The notes under the pieces are model-generated. The model searched no databases and was not told where the DNA came from. It was given only the letters and a program-made list of their open reading frames with translations. From positions 3,296,001-3,360,000 of the forward strand of contig CBDETK010000013.1 of assembly GCA_965242865.1 (NCBI GenBank): 64,000 bases of DNA. Reading direction: 5' to 3'. The stretch comes from Candidatus Latescibacterota bacterium. GTDB taxonomy: Bacteria > Latescibacterota > UBA2968 > UBA8231. The position numbers and the translations under genes are program-made. Every line of letters starts with the position of its first letter. The stretch's first letter is position 1. Shown here one piece after another: positions 9,950 through 20,158 of this stretch.

Positions 9950-12346
9950 TCACTCCAACATCGTCTGCACGACCATGCGCGTTCCGTCGATCCGCACTTG
10001 GACCGCGCCGGTGTGGTCGGTGCGCAAAACCTGCGCCCCGTGCGCTGCGTAGCGTGCGACGACCTCGGGGGCCGGGTGCTTGAACTTGTTGCCCGCCCCC
10101 AGCGACATCACCGCCACGGCGGGCGCGACCGCCTCGACAAAAAGCGGCTGCGACGAAGTGCGCGAGCCGTGGTGAGCCACCTTGAGCAAACGCGCCGGCA
10201 GCCGCGCTCCCCAAGCGAGGATCGCCGGATCGGTCTCCTGCTCTATGTCGCCGGTGAAGAGGACCCGCACGGCTCCGTGCTGCAAGCTAAGGACCACGGA
10301 GCCGTTGTTGGGGCCAAAAGGGGCGTTGCCGTCTGCATCGACGAAGTCCGGGGTCGGATGCAGGACCAGCCCGGCGACCCCGTCCAAGCCCGCCAAGCTG
10401 TCGCCGGCCGCGACCCGGTGGTAGCGGACGCCCCGCTCGGCAATGAGTTGCTGCAAACGCCGCGCCGTCCACGAGTCATAGACTTGTCCGCTGTCGAGAA
10501 AGTGCTCGACTTCTAGGTGCTCCAGCAGGGCTACTAGTCCGCCGATGTGGTCGTTGTGCGGATGCGAGGCCACGACCACATTGACCCGCTGGACGCCCAG
10601 AGAGCGCAAGAAAGGCACCAGCACCTGTTCGCCGTAGTCGAAGTATTCGCTGCGCTCGCCGCCATCGACGACCATGGTTTTGCCGCCGGGGAAGCGCACA
10701 AACGCTGCGTCGCCTTGGCCCACGTCCAAAAAGACTATTTCCAAGTCGCGGGCGCGGAGCGCGTGCGTCCACACCGCGACATTGAGCCAGACGAGCGCGG
10801 CGAAAAGGGCCGCCTTGCGCGCCCACGCCTTGTGGGGCAGGAGGGGGCCGAGCAGGCAGAGCGCGGCGGCCACGGCGACGAAAAGCACCCCCGGGCGCGG
10901 CACGGCCATCGACGCAAAGGGCAGCGCGGCCCACCACGAGACCAATTCGAGCAGCCCCACGAGGACTAGGTAATTGGCGGCGTTGAACGCGGTGGCGACC
11001 CACGGCAAAATCCAACCCGTCAACGCGGCCAGCAGCCCCAAGCCCACCGCGAGGGCCAAGAGCGGCACGACCACTATGTTGGCCACCACGCCCGTCAGCG
11101 CGAGCTGCTGAAAGGAATAGGCGATTAAAGGGCCGGTGCCGAGCTGGGCCGCCAGCGAGGCGCACAGCGGGCTGACGATCCAGCGCCCCACCCGGCTATC
11201 GGCGCGTTGAAAGGCGGCGGGGAAAAGCGAGGCTATCGGCCCGTGCAAGGCGACTATGGCCCACGTCGCGCCAAAGGAGAGCTGGAAGCTCAGGCTCCAC
11301 GGACTCTCCGGCCATAAGACCAAGATCGCTAGTGCCGCGAGTCCAAGGGTGTTGTAGATGTCGCCCTGCCGCTGGAGCACCCGTCCCAACAGCACCACCG
11401 CCCCCATCAGCACCGCCCGCACCACGGGCACCTGCGCCCCGGTGGCGAGGGCATAGAGCGCGAGCGCGACGATGGTTGCCGCGGAACTGGGGCGGTCGGC
11501 GAGTCGCAGGAGCCGGAACCCGAAGAAGAAGAACCCGCCCACCATGCCGACGTGGAGGCCGCTGACCACGAGCGCGTGCGCCAGCCCGACGCGGCGAAAC
11601 TCCGCCCGCACTTCCGCGGAAATGCGCCGTCTCTCTCCCAAGAGGACGCCCAACAACAGGTCGGCGGGTGCTCCAGCGAGGTTGCGCTCAATGCTCTGGC
11701 GCACGGCGCGTCTGAGGGGCAGCACCACGCCCTCGTACAGCCAGTGCCCGGGCAAACGCTCCACGGCGACGATCTGTTCGGGTTTGCCGACGAAGAGCGT
11801 GCCGTAGATGTCCTGCTGGGCCAAAAAGGCGCGGTAGTCGAAGCCGCTTGGATTGCGGGCGCGGCGGGGCCTTTGCAACTTCCCGCGCAGGGACACGCGG
11901 TCGCCGTAATCGGCCGGCCAGTGCGCGTCTTGTACCGTAACTAGCACTCGCCCTGCCAAGTGGTAGATGGCGCTGTCGGTGGCCACGTGTTCCAGCTCGA
12001 TGGCAAAGTGCATTCGCTCGTCGCTGCGCTCCGGCTCTTGGACGATGTGCCCGGTGACCACGCCGCGCTTGCCAAAGACTTCGAGCGCGCCCCAGTGTGG
12101 CAAAGGGGACAGGGCTGTGTCGATGTGGTAACGCAGCGCACCCAGCAGGACGACCACCACCCACAGCATCCAACCGGCCCAACGCGCCTTGCAGTAGAAC
12201 CCGGCGACCGCGCTGAGAAAGGCCAACCCGCTTAGGGCCGCGACTGTGCCCCAGCCCATTTCCACCGCTCGCCCGAGGAAAATGCCGATTCCGAATCCGA
12301 GGGCCGTCCACAGCGCCGGCCGCCGCGTCTTTTTGCTCGTGGACAT
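9950..12346 (-). CDS. comEC: DNA uptake competence protein ComEC/Rec2
   Basis: RNPSGFDY, HALVVSGLHVG, SFQLSF, DVGQGD, SHPHNDH metallo-beta-lactamase motif, HHGS. Confidence 0.93.
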   Translation of the reverse strand: MSTSKKTRRPALWTALGFGIGIFLGRAVEMGWGTVAALSGLAFLSAVAGFYCKARWAGWMLWVVVVLLGALRYHIDTALSPLPHWGALEVFGKRGVVTGHIVQEPERSDERMHFAIELEHVATDSAIYHLAGRVLVTVQDAHWPADYGDRVSLRGKLQRPRRARNPSGFDYRAFLAQQDIYGTLFVGKPEQIVAVERLPGHWLYEGVVLPLRRAVRQSIERNLAGAPADLLLGVLLGERRRISAEVRAEFRRVGLAHALVVSGLHVGMVGGFFFFGFRLLRLADRPSSAATIVALALYALATGAQVPVVRAVLMGAVVLLGRVLQRQGDIYNTLGLAALAILVLWPESPWSLSFQLSFGATWAIVALHGPIASLFPAAFQRADSRVGRWIVSPLCASLAAQLGTGPLIAYSFQQLALTGVVANIVVVPLLALAVGLGLLAALTGWILPWVATAFNAANYLVLVGLLELVSWWAALPFASMAVPRPGVLFVAVAAALCLLGPLLPHKAWARKAALFAALVWLNVAVWTHALRARDLEIVFLDVGQGDAAFVRFPGGKTMVVDGGERSEYFDYGEQVLVPFLRSLGVQRVNVVVASHPHNDHIGGLVALLEHLEVEHFLDSGQVYDSWTARRLQQLIAERGVRYHRVAAGDSLAGLDGVAGLVLHPTPDFVDADGNAPFGPNNGSVVLSLQHGAVRVLFTGDIEQETDPAILAWGARLPARLLKVAHHGSRTSSQPLFVEAVAPAVAVMSLGAGNKFKHPAPEVVARYAAHGAQVLRTDHTGAVQVRIDGTRMVVQTMLE

Positions 12347-12437
12347 GATATAGTCCAACGGCAAAAATCGTTCCAACTCGACAGGCGTTGGCGAGTGTGT
12401 ATGTTAAAGTGAGGACAATTTGCTGAAGGAAGGTTTG

Positions 12438-12749
12438 ATGACTGCTCCCACCCCGCTGCTCCGCGGCAAGGACCTCCGCTACTTGCGCGGCTTAGGCAAC
12501 GCGCTGCGCCCGACCGTGTATTTGGGCAAAGAGGGCCTTTCCGCGGCCGTCATCCGCTCGCTCGAGCAAGCCTACGCCAACAGCGAGTTGGTCAAGGTGC
12601 GCTGCGAGCGCAACATCCCTCTCGACCGCGGCCAAGCCGGCGAGCAGCTTGCCGCTGCTACTCAGTCACACCTCGTGCAGGTCTTGGGCAACACCCTGCT
12701 CCTCTACCGCCCCGACCCCGACGACCCCCAAATAGTACTGCCCGCATAG
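12438..12749 (+). CDS. yhbY: YhbY/CRM RNA-binding protein
   Basis: LRGLGNALRPTVYLGKEG, ELVKVR, VQVLGNTLLLYRP. Confidence 0.88.
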   Translation: MTAPTPLLRGKDLRYLRGLGNALRPTVYLGKEGLSAAVIRSLEQAYANSELVKVRCERNIPLDRGQAGEQLAAATQSHLVQVLGNTLLLYRPDPDDPQIVLPA

Positions 12750-12759
12750 AGTCCATTTC

Positions 12760-13695
12760 TCATCGCTTCCACGCCTCGGCAAAAAGGCCGAGGGAGCCGG
12801 GCGCGTACCCGGCGTAGTGGTTGTTGAAAAACACGTACACGGGCCGCTCCGACGCAGCCTCGGCCAGCTCGCGCACCTGCCGCGCCCAGTGCTGGGTCTC
12901 GGCGGCGCGGTCCCAGACGAGGCGGTCCCAATGCCGCTCCTGCTCGCCGCGGCGAATCCGCTCCTCAACGTAAGCGTCCATCTTTTTGCGGTTGCCCAAA
13001 AAGCGCACGTAGAGGAAGTTGGCCGTCAGTGGATCGACCCGCCCGACGGTGTCCGCCAAGCTCGGCATGGTGTAGTAGTTGTTCAGCACCAGCGCCACGC
13101 CGTGTTCGCGCAGTACGTCCAACAGTTCCGTGCGCAGCCAGCTCCCGTTGCGCACCTCCACCGCAAAGTGGAACTCACCTGTAGGCAGTTGCGGCAAAAA
13201 GGCCGCTAGACGCTCGGTAAACGCGCTGCCGTACTCGTTTTCGTGCGCGTCTTGGCCGCGGGCAATGTATGGAAACTGCATCAGCAGAGGCCCCAACCGC
13301 TCGCCCAACGGAGCCATCGCCTCGAGAAAGACTTCCATCTCCCCCATGCAATCGACGAGCATTTTCTCGTGGCTGATCACGCGGGGAACTTTGGCGGTAA
13401 AGCGAAAGTGCGGCGGCGTCCGCCGCAGCCATCCCGCGATCGCTTTGGGCGTCGGCACCCGGTACCAGGTCGAGTCGATCTCCACACTCCTGAAGACCTT
13501 GGCATAGTGCTCGATATAATCGGCCGCGGCGCAACCTGCTGGGTAAATCAGCCCTTCCCAATCCGCATTCGACCAACTCGTCGTGCCCAAAAAAAGCTGC
13601 GCCGGCAGCCCCTCCTGCACCTGCTGCATCCGCTCGGCGTGGCACGGCTTGGCCGGCGGCATGATCCGAGAAAAAAGGTCCTGTTGTTCTCCCAC
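12760..13695 (-). CDS. DUF72 family protein
   Basis: GTTSW, VEIDSTWY, FTAKVP, LMQFP, AVEVR, YVRF, FFNNH. Confidence 0.9.
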   Translation of the reverse strand: MGEQQDLFSRIMPPAKPCHAERMQQVQEGLPAQLFLGTTSWSNADWEGLIYPAGCAAADYIEHYAKVFRSVEIDSTWYRVPTPKAIAGWLRRTPPHFRFTAKVPRVISHEKMLVDCMGEMEVFLEAMAPLGERLGPLLMQFPYIARGQDAHENEYGSAFTERLAAFLPQLPTGEFHFAVEVRNGSWLRTELLDVLREHGVALVLNNYYTMPSLADTVGRVDPLTANFLYVRFLGNRKKMDAYVEERIRRGEQERHWDRLVWDRAAETQHWARQVRELAEAASERPVYVFFNNHYAGYAPGSLGLFAEAWKR

Positions 13696-13707
13696 TGCTC
13701 ACTCCAC

Positions 13708-13739
13708 AAAAAAGAGGGCGCGGCTCCAACCGCACCCTC
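13708..13739 (-). terminator. rho-independent terminator after lysS
   Basis: GAGGGTGCGG-TTGGAG-CCGCGCCCTC followed by T6 on the minus strand. Confidence 0.55.
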
Positions 13740-13767
13740 GCAATTCCGGCAAATGTTCCTGCGGGCA

Positions 13768-15333
13768 CTACACTTTCTCCCGCACCATCTTCACCACCTG
13801 CTCCCGCCCCACTAGCTGCACCAGCGACCCAAATCGCGGCCCCCGCTCCTGCCCCAGCACCACCTCGTAAAACATCCGAAACAGCAACTTGGGAGGGACC
13901 CCAGCCTCGCGGGCCAAGTCGAACGGAATGGCCTGTAGCTCCTCCTCGGTGGCCCCGTTGGCCGCGAGCAGCCGCTCGGCCAACTGCTCTAGCAGCACCC
14001 GCTCCGAGTCCGTAGATGGCCGAAAATTCTTGTTCGGCAGCACCACGTCGCGGTAGTAGTTAAGCCCCTTCGCCACCAACGCCTGGGTCACCTGTGGGTA
14101 CGCCGCCGCCTGCGCGTCGTAGCGCACCAGATAGTTGCCCAACACCTCAACCGAATCCACGCCCAAGGCCGCGATCAGATTGTTGACCGTTGAGAAGTTG
14201 ACCCGGGACGCGTACTCGGGCACGACGGCACCGCGGTCGCCGAGGTGCCACAGGGCCTGCTCGGGGCGCGCGGCCTCCGCCACTTCGGGATAGTGCCGCA
14301 GCGCGTCGAGATAATCGTCCACGCACTTGGGGACGATATCCCAGTGCAGCCGCTTGGCCCGCTTGGGATTTTGAAAGAGGAAAAAGAGCAGGGATTCTAT
14401 CGGCGCGTACTTCTTCCACGCATCCACTGTCACCCCCATGCGGCCGGCGCTACTGGCCAACCCGCGGCCTTCCTCGTCGAGAAAAAACTCGTAGCACAAG
14501 CCGACTGGCGGCTGCTTGCCCATCAGGCGCACGATGCGAGCGGACTGGCGCACCGAGTCAATGAGGTCTTTGCCGTACATTTCGTAATCGACCTCGTAGG
14601 CGTACCAGCGCAAGGCCCAGTCCACTTTCCAGCCCACCTTGGCGTTGCCGCCGAGCACGGACTGCTCGCCGCGCTCGCCGCACCCGGTGTAGGGGCCGGT
14701 ATGGAGGCAGGCGAAGCTCACGCTGCCCCGGCTGGGATGGTAGGCCGTGACCCGCGTGGCCATGATCGAGCCACAGGTGGGACAAATCGGGAAGAAGGGT
14801 GACCAGTGCTGGCGATTTTGCTCCCGCAGGGTGGGCACGATGAGCTGGCGGACCTCCTCGGCTTTATCGAGGAGCACCGCAAGCCCTTCGTCGAAGTCGC
14901 CGCGCACGTAAGCGGCCCGCGAGCTTTGGAACTCGTAGTCGAAGCCGGAGGCGTCGAAAAACTCGCACAGCTTGGCGTTCATGTGGTCACTGAAACTCGC
15001 ATAGCAACCAAAGGGATCGGGAACGGCGTGTAGGGGTTTGCCGAGGTGGGCGGCGAGCATGTCCGGCTGCGGCAAGTTGCCGGGCACCTTGCGCAGGCCA
15101 TCCATGTCGTCGCTGAAGCAGAGGAGGCGGGTTTTTGCTTCGTAGAGGTATTCGTACGCGTTGCGCACCCAAGAGGTGCGGACGCCTTCTGAAAAGTGCC
15201 CTAAATGGGGAAAACCGCTGGGGCCAAAGCCGGTTTCAAACAGCACCGGCCGGTCTCCGCTGGGCCGGCGTCGCTGGGCGATTTGTGCCGCCTCTTGGAA
15301 GGGCCAAGCCCGGTGCGTACTGGTCTTCTCCAT
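13768..15333 (-). CDS. lysS: lysine--tRNA ligase, class I
   Basis: AWPF, ETGFGPSGFPHLG, DDMDGLRKVP, WKVDWALRW, YEMYGKDL, GQERGPRFGS. Confidence 0.92.
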   Translation of the reverse strand: MEKTSTHRAWPFQEAAQIAQRRRPSGDRPVLFETGFGPSGFPHLGHFSEGVRTSWVRNAYEYLYEAKTRLLCFSDDMDGLRKVPGNLPQPDMLAAHLGKPLHAVPDPFGCYASFSDHMNAKLCEFFDASGFDYEFQSSRAAYVRGDFDEGLAVLLDKAEEVRQLIVPTLREQNRQHWSPFFPICPTCGSIMATRVTAYHPSRGSVSFACLHTGPYTGCGERGEQSVLGGNAKVGWKVDWALRWYAYEVDYEMYGKDLIDSVRQSARIVRLMGKQPPVGLCYEFFLDEEGRGLASSAGRMGVTVDAWKKYAPIESLLFFLFQNPKRAKRLHWDIVPKCVDDYLDALRHYPEVAEAARPEQALWHLGDRGAVVPEYASRVNFSTVNNLIAALGVDSVEVLGNYLVRYDAQAAAYPQVTQALVAKGLNYYRDVVLPNKNFRPSTDSERVLLEQLAERLLAANGATEEELQAIPFDLAREAGVPPKLLFRMFYEVVLGQERGPRFGSLVQLVGREQVVKMVREKV

Positions 15334-15375
15334 GGAACTCGGGGTCAGGACAGCACTTGGGGGTCTTGCGGCGTC

Positions 15376-15594
15376 TCAGCGATTGCGGAAGGTAATGCGT
15401 CCGCGGCTCAAATCATAGGGCGAAAGAGCCACGGTGACTTGATCGCCGGGCAGTACGCGAATGTAGTATTTGCGCATCTTGCCGGAGATATGGGCCATAA
15501 TCTCGTGACTATTTTCCATCTCGCACTTAAAGTAGCCGTTGGGCAGTGCCTCTTTAACTACTGCTTGGACTTCGATTGCTTCTTCTTTGGCCAT
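15376..15594 (-). CDS. infA: translation initiation factor IF-1
   Basis: MAKEEAIEV...ALPN...AHISGKMR...[13 protein letters not shown]. Confidence 0.98.
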   Translation of the reverse strand: MAKEEAIEVQAVVKEALPNGYFKCEMENSHEIMAHISGKMRKYYIRVLPGDQVTVALSPYDLSRGRITFRNR

Positions 15595-15719
15595 GGCTCT
15601 CGCCTAAAGGGGATGAGATAATGGCAGCGTTTTCACGCGCCACGGGAACGGGAAAATCAGCCGCTGAAGCGGCTTGCAAAAAGCGTAGATTGTACGCGTT
15701 CACCGAGCAAAAGTCAAAC

Positions 15720-16661
15720 TCATTCAATTAAATAACTCACATCGTACGAGGCGTGTTTGACCGCCTCGATCGTCGTTAGGTGCGGGGCTAGCTGCTGGAC
15801 CTTGCCGTAGTATTGGACAGCTTCGGCCACGCGCTCGGTCTTTTCGCAGATCACGCCGAGGTTGTGCAGGGCCGGAATGTGATCGCCGGCCAGCGCGATG
15901 ACCTGCTTGAAGGCCGCTTCGGCCCCGGGGAGGTCGCCGCCGCCGAGGTGGGCGAGGCCCTTGGCAAAGAACATGCTCTCGTTGTCTTGCTCGTATTCCA
16001 CGGCCTTGGCCAGCACGGCGAGTGCCAATTCGGGTTGTTGGGCTTGCAGCCGCACGAGCCCGAGGCTGTAATAAGCGCGCGCCAGTGCGCGGCGCGCCCC
16101 GCGATACTTGAAATCGACCCGCAACAAGGTCTCTAGGTGTTCGATGGATTTTTTGAAGTCGCCGACCTTGTGATACGCCACGGCCATGTTGAAGCGGGCC
16201 CTGACGTGGTCCGGCTGGACCGCGATGACTTTTTCAAGGAGTTCGAGGCCCTCGCCTTGGCGCTCGGTGCGGCAGAGCAAGGTCCCTAGCCCGGCCATCG
16301 CTTCGACCATCAGGGAATCCAGCCGCAAGGCTTCCTCGTAGTGGTGCTTGGCCTCGCGGTCGTATCCTTGGCCGTGCAGCATGACCGCGAGGTTGCAATG
16401 GGCCTCGGCGTAGTTGGGGTCGAGTTGCAAGGCCTCGTGCAGCAGCCTTTTGGCCTCGTATTTTTGCCCGTCGTCAAAGTACGCGTTGGCGAGGAGGACG
16501 CGCAGTTGTGGGTTGTAGGGTTCGATGGTGACCTTGGCGTTGAGGTAGCGAATTTTCTCTTTGGCCCAGAGGTTGTACCCCCGCTTATCGCGGCGTTGGG
16601 CCTGTCCCTCGCTGCCGCTACACAGCAAGGCCAGCAATAGAAACGCGAGCGCGGCCCTCAT
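15720..16661 (-). CDS. exported tetratricopeptide repeat protein
   Basis: Signal peptide; repeated TPR patterns (AHCNLA, ARFNMA, ALHNLG). Confidence 0.85.
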   Translation of the reverse strand: MRAALAFLLLALLCSGSEGQAQRRDKRGYNLWAKEKIRYLNAKVTIEPYNPQLRVLLANAYFDDGQKYEAKRLLHEALQLDPNYAEAHCNLAVMLHGQGYDREAKHHYEEALRLDSLMVEAMAGLGTLLCRTERQGEGLELLEKVIAVQPDHVRARFNMAVAYHKVGDFKKSIEHLETLLRVDFKYRGARRALARAYYSLGLVRLQAQQPELALAVLAKAVEYEQDNESMFFAKGLAHLGGGDLPGAEAAFKQVIALAGDHIPALHNLGVICEKTERVAEAVQYYGKVQQLAPHLTTIEAVKHASYDVSYLIE

Positions 16662-17950
16662 GGTTGGAACTTCTGAATCCGATCGTTGAACGTATCGGCC
16701 ACATAAATGAATCCCTCGGCGTCGCGGGCAATGCCGCCAGCCACCACCTCGCGCTCGCCCGCTTCGCCCGTGACCAGATCGACGACCGGGATGCGGCCAG
16801 CAAAGCGGAACTGATCATCCCCCGCGCCTTCCTCGCCCCAGCGCGTCAGGTAGTGCCCTTGGTGGAACACCTCGATGCGACTGTGGCCGGCATTGACCAC
16901 GAAAGCCCGATCGGCCGCTTCATCGACGGCAAAGTCGGTGGGCCGCAGCAAAAGCCCGGGGCCGCGGTCCTGATGCGATTTGGGATCGCGCCCGATGACG
17001 CGACTGGCCGAGGCGCGCTGGGGGTCGTCGTACACCACGAGCCGCGGGGCCTGCCAGTCCCGGTCGCGCAGAGCCAAGGGCTCGATCAGCGCGGCAAAGT
17101 GCCCTTGCCAAAGCCGCAGACTGGCCACCAGCAGGGCCGGTATGGCGTACTGGACTTGCCGTTCGCCGGCCGGGTCGAACAACTGCAACTGGCTAATGCT
17201 CTCGATGTAGATGGCTTGGCCGTTGATGACGATGTGGCGGGCGAACAGCCCGGCGAGTGGGCGCGTCCACAGCCGCTTTCCATCCGGGGCAAATTTCGCC
17301 CAAAAGGCCGCTGGCTTCTGATCGGGGCGGCGCAGGTTGTACACCACGTAGAGGTGATCGTCGTCGTCGAGGGCCAGCGCCGGCCCGTCTAGCGCACTCG
17401 TTTCCATGCAGGCCAGCGGCTCATTGGTATAGACCCATGGCTCCAAAGCGCGGCCCGAGCGGTCAAAGCGGTCGACGCGCCCTGTGCCCGCACCGACGAC
17501 AAAGACCGTGCCCTCGCGGCTGATGGCCAGCCGCGTGGGGGCCGTGCCCTCGGCCAGTGCCCAGTTGGCGACGCGGCGGTGGAATCCCCCGGCGGCGGTC
17601 GTGCTGGCCAGCTCGTGGACGGTGTCGTCCTTGCCGAAGAAGCTGACGACTCGGTAGCGGTAGTGGGTGTTGGCTAGCAGGCCGGCGTCTGTAAAGGTGG
17701 TGTCGGCCGCGGATTCCACGCGCCCGATGGCCGCGAACTCACCCCCGGTCGTGCGCTGGATTTCGCCGTAGAGAAAGCCGGCCGAAGACCCGCGGCGCCA
17801 AGTTAGCTCGGCGGTAGCCTCCGCGCTCAAAAAGGTCGCTTTGAGCACGGGAGGAGCCGCAAGCCAAGGCGGCACCTTTTTGCCGGCAAAGGGACCAACG
17901 CAGGCGACGAGTGCTGCGGCGAGGCAAAAGCAAAAGATGAGTCGATTCAT
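16658..17950 (-). CDS. lipoprotein with FN3-like domain and NHL beta-propeller
   Basis: Lipobox LVAC; TFTDAGL..NTHYRYRV; IYVADTFNDRIQKF. Confidence 0.75.
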   Translation of the reverse strand: MNRLIFCFCLAAALVACVGPFAGKKVPPWLAAPPVLKATFLSAEATAELTWRRGSSAGFLYGEIQRTTGGEFAAIGRVESAADTTFTDAGLLANTHYRYRVVSFFGKDDTVHELASTTAAGGFHRRVANWALAEGTAPTRLAISREGTVFVVGAGTGRVDRFDRSGRALEPWVYTNEPLACMETSALDGPALALDDDDHLYVVYNLRRPDQKPAAFWAKFAPDGKRLWTRPLAGLFARHIVINGQAIYIESISQLQLFDPAGERQVQYAIPALLVASLRLWQGHFAALIEPLALRDRDWQAPRLVVYDDPQRASASRVIGRDPKSHQDRGPGLLLRPTDFAVDEAADRAFVVNAGHSRIEVFHQGHYLTRWGEEGAGDDQFRFAGRIPVVDLVTGEAGEREVVAGGIARDAEGFIYVADTFNDRIQKFQP

Positions 17951-17998
17951 AGCGCAAAGAGATAGGCCCGCCCTTCCGCCATGTCAAGGAATGGGGGC

Positions 17999-20158
17999 TT
18001 ACCCCAGAATAAAGACGGTGTTGCCGATCTTGCCGGTAAAGTAGTCGATGACCAGCCACAGCCCGTTGCACAGGGCCTCACCCATGATCAGGCCCATAAA
18101 GAAATGCTGGCTCGCTCGATAGTGCGCCGCCCCGCCAAAACGCAAGATGATCTTCTTGAGTGCCCAAGCTAAGAGCACGCAAGCCCAGATCTTGTCGAGC
18201 ATGAAGTTCGCGCCCACCGGGAAGCCTATTGGATGGAAGGGCCACCACAAAAGGTGCTGCCGTGCCCAAGTCAGCAGGACCATGACCGCGGCCCCACCGG
18301 CGAAGAACGCCAATCCCAACCAGTCGGCCCCGGCTGGCTCTAGGGCGCGCTGGGCTGCGTTGTAGATGGTTGAGGGACCACCGCGAAAACGCCAACCGTC
18401 GAGGTTGATGCCCCCGTACTTGTAGGCGAGGTGAAAGACCATCCAGCAGGAGCCGGCCGCGCCGATGAAGATGGCCGCGACCACCGCCCAGCAGACGACG
18501 CGCCGACTGCGGCGGTCCATGTTTTGGATCAGCTTCAATCCATTGGCGACCATGGCCAGCAGGAAGATGCGGATGTCGGCCGACCAGATATAGGCCAAGG
18601 AGAGGTTGAAGACGCCCGCGGCCCCGATTGCCTGCGAGCCGATGCCCTGCACGATGAGGTCTGGCGCGATCATGGGCGAGCGCACGGCCGCTAGACCCGC
18701 TTCGCACACGACCCGCGCGATGCCGATAAACACCACCAGGGCCACGACCGCAAAGAGCGCGCCGACCCAAAGCGGAGTACCCATCAGCCACAGCCAGCCG
18801 ACAATGCCCCCGGTGCCGCCGAGCACGCCGAGCACGGCCACTCGATAGGACGCGATTTCGTCGCCGTCGTCTATGGCCGCGTGGCGGTTGAGGGCCTTGC
18901 GCCATACGTCTCGCAAGTGGCCGCGCCCAGCCCACAGGCCCAAGACCACCATGGCGATGAGGGCGCCGCCGCCCTGATAGGCCAAGAGCGGCTCGTGCGC
19001 GACCCCATAGACGAATTTGCTGGTGGATTTGAGGCCGGATAGGGCGAGGAGCTCGGCTTCGACCTTGGAGAGCAAGTAGAAAATCCAGATCCCGGCCGCT
19101 ATTTGGGTGCTAATGAGATAGGAAAAGCCAACGAGCGCGAAGCTGATCCAGATTTGCAGGCTCTGCTGGCCGATAAACGACGGCACCCACCAAATCAGGC
19201 CGAAGCTGGGCAAGGACGGATAGTATGGGTGCAGGGCCTTGAGGCTGCCATATACGAGCGGCACGGTCGCGCCCCACCACAAGGCCCCGCGCTTGAGGAA
19301 GCCGTTGACCAGCCCGGGGCCGCGCTCGCCCTGCACGATGGCCACCCCGAGCTGGGTCAGCGGATAGGCCAGCCGCTCGTGCTCGACCCACTGCCGACGC
19401 AAGATCACGGCCGTCGATACCATCGCCACGTACAGCGAGAGGAGCAGCAGGCCCCACCAGCACAGCGGCTCAACCCAAGTGGCGTAGGGAATGTCCGCGG
19501 GCGCGCTGCCCTCGTAAAAGCCGCGGTTGCCCGCTCCGTCGTCCACGAGGACGCGCTGGGCGGGAAAGAGCGGAAAGAGCTTTTCGGCCCATTGGTTGGC
19601 TGGGGAGGCGTAGTAGAAAATGCCGGTGAGGGCCGGCAACAGTTGCTGGGTCAGCCCCATGGTGCAGAGGGCGGAGACGACCAGCAACATCACGTACACC
19701 AGCACGAGCTCGGCGCGGTTGAGGGCGAGGGTCCCGCCGCGCTGTACCACCGGCACGTTCCACCCGGCCGAGAGGGCGAGGAACGCGCCAAACCAAAAAC
19801 CGGGCGAGTACCAATCGACCGCCCCGCGACTGATCCAATAGCTGCCAAAGCCGCCCGCGGCCAGCAGGGCGAGCCCCACCGCTAGGCGGAAGTTGCGGGC
19901 CGCGAGCTTAAAGAGCGTATTGAGCAAGCCGACCAGCACCAAAAACAGAAAGATGGCCCCCGGGGTATTGAAGTCGAAGGCCAGGTTGGTCGCTCGCATC
20001 GCCATGTTGGCATAGGGCGCACCAATGGACAGGAAGAAGCTGAGGAACGCGCCGACCCAAAAGCCGCGCAGCGTCAGCCGAGAGCGGCCCTCGGTGAGTT
20101 CGTCGTGTTGCCCGCCCGCGAGCTGGCGACCATAAGGGGCGGGAAGCGCTCTGTTCAC
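17999..20158 (-). CDS. large polytopic membrane protein (DUF6785/OPT-like putative transporter)
   Basis: Many TM segments; ILRRQWVEHERLAYPL, WWPFHPIG. GTG start overlaps the upstream TGA. Confidence 0.7.
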   Translation of the reverse strand: MNRALPAPYGRQLAGGQHDELTEGRSRLTLRGFWVGAFLSFFLSIGAPYANMAMRATNLAFDFNTPGAIFLFLVLVGLLNTLFKLAARNFRLAVGLALLAAGGFGSYWISRGAVDWYSPGFWFGAFLALSAGWNVPVVQRGGTLALNRAELVLVYVMLLVVSALCTMGLTQQLLPALTGIFYYASPANQWAEKLFPLFPAQRVLVDDGAGNRGFYEGSAPADIPYATWVEPLCWWGLLLLSLYVAMVSTAVILRRQWVEHERLAYPLTQLGVAIVQGERGPGLVNGFLKRGALWWGATVPLVYGSLKALHPYYPSLPSFGLIWWVPSFIGQQSLQIWISFALVGFSYLISTQIAAGIWIFYLLSKVEAELLALSGLKSTSKFVYGVAHEPLLAYQGGGALIAMVVLGLWAGRGHLRDVWRKALNRHAAIDDGDEIASYRVAVLGVLGGTGGIVGWLWLMGTPLWVGALFAVVALVVFIGIARVVCEAGLAAVRSPMIAPDLIVQGIGSQAIGAAGVFNLSLAYIWSADIRIFLLAMVANGLKLIQNMDRRSRRVVCWAVVAAIFIGAAGSCWMVFHLAYKYGGINLDGWRFRGGPSTIYNAAQRALEPAGADWLGLAFFAGGAAVMVLLTWARQHLLWWPFHPIGFPVGANFMLDKIWACVLLAWALKKIILRFGGAAHYRASQHFFMGLIMGEALCNGLWLVIDYFTGKIGNTVFILG

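Noticed and set aside
9877-10083. ORF with GGAGG RBS after ASST copy 2
   Set aside because: Runs antisense into comEC and shows no recognisable motif; at most a remnant.
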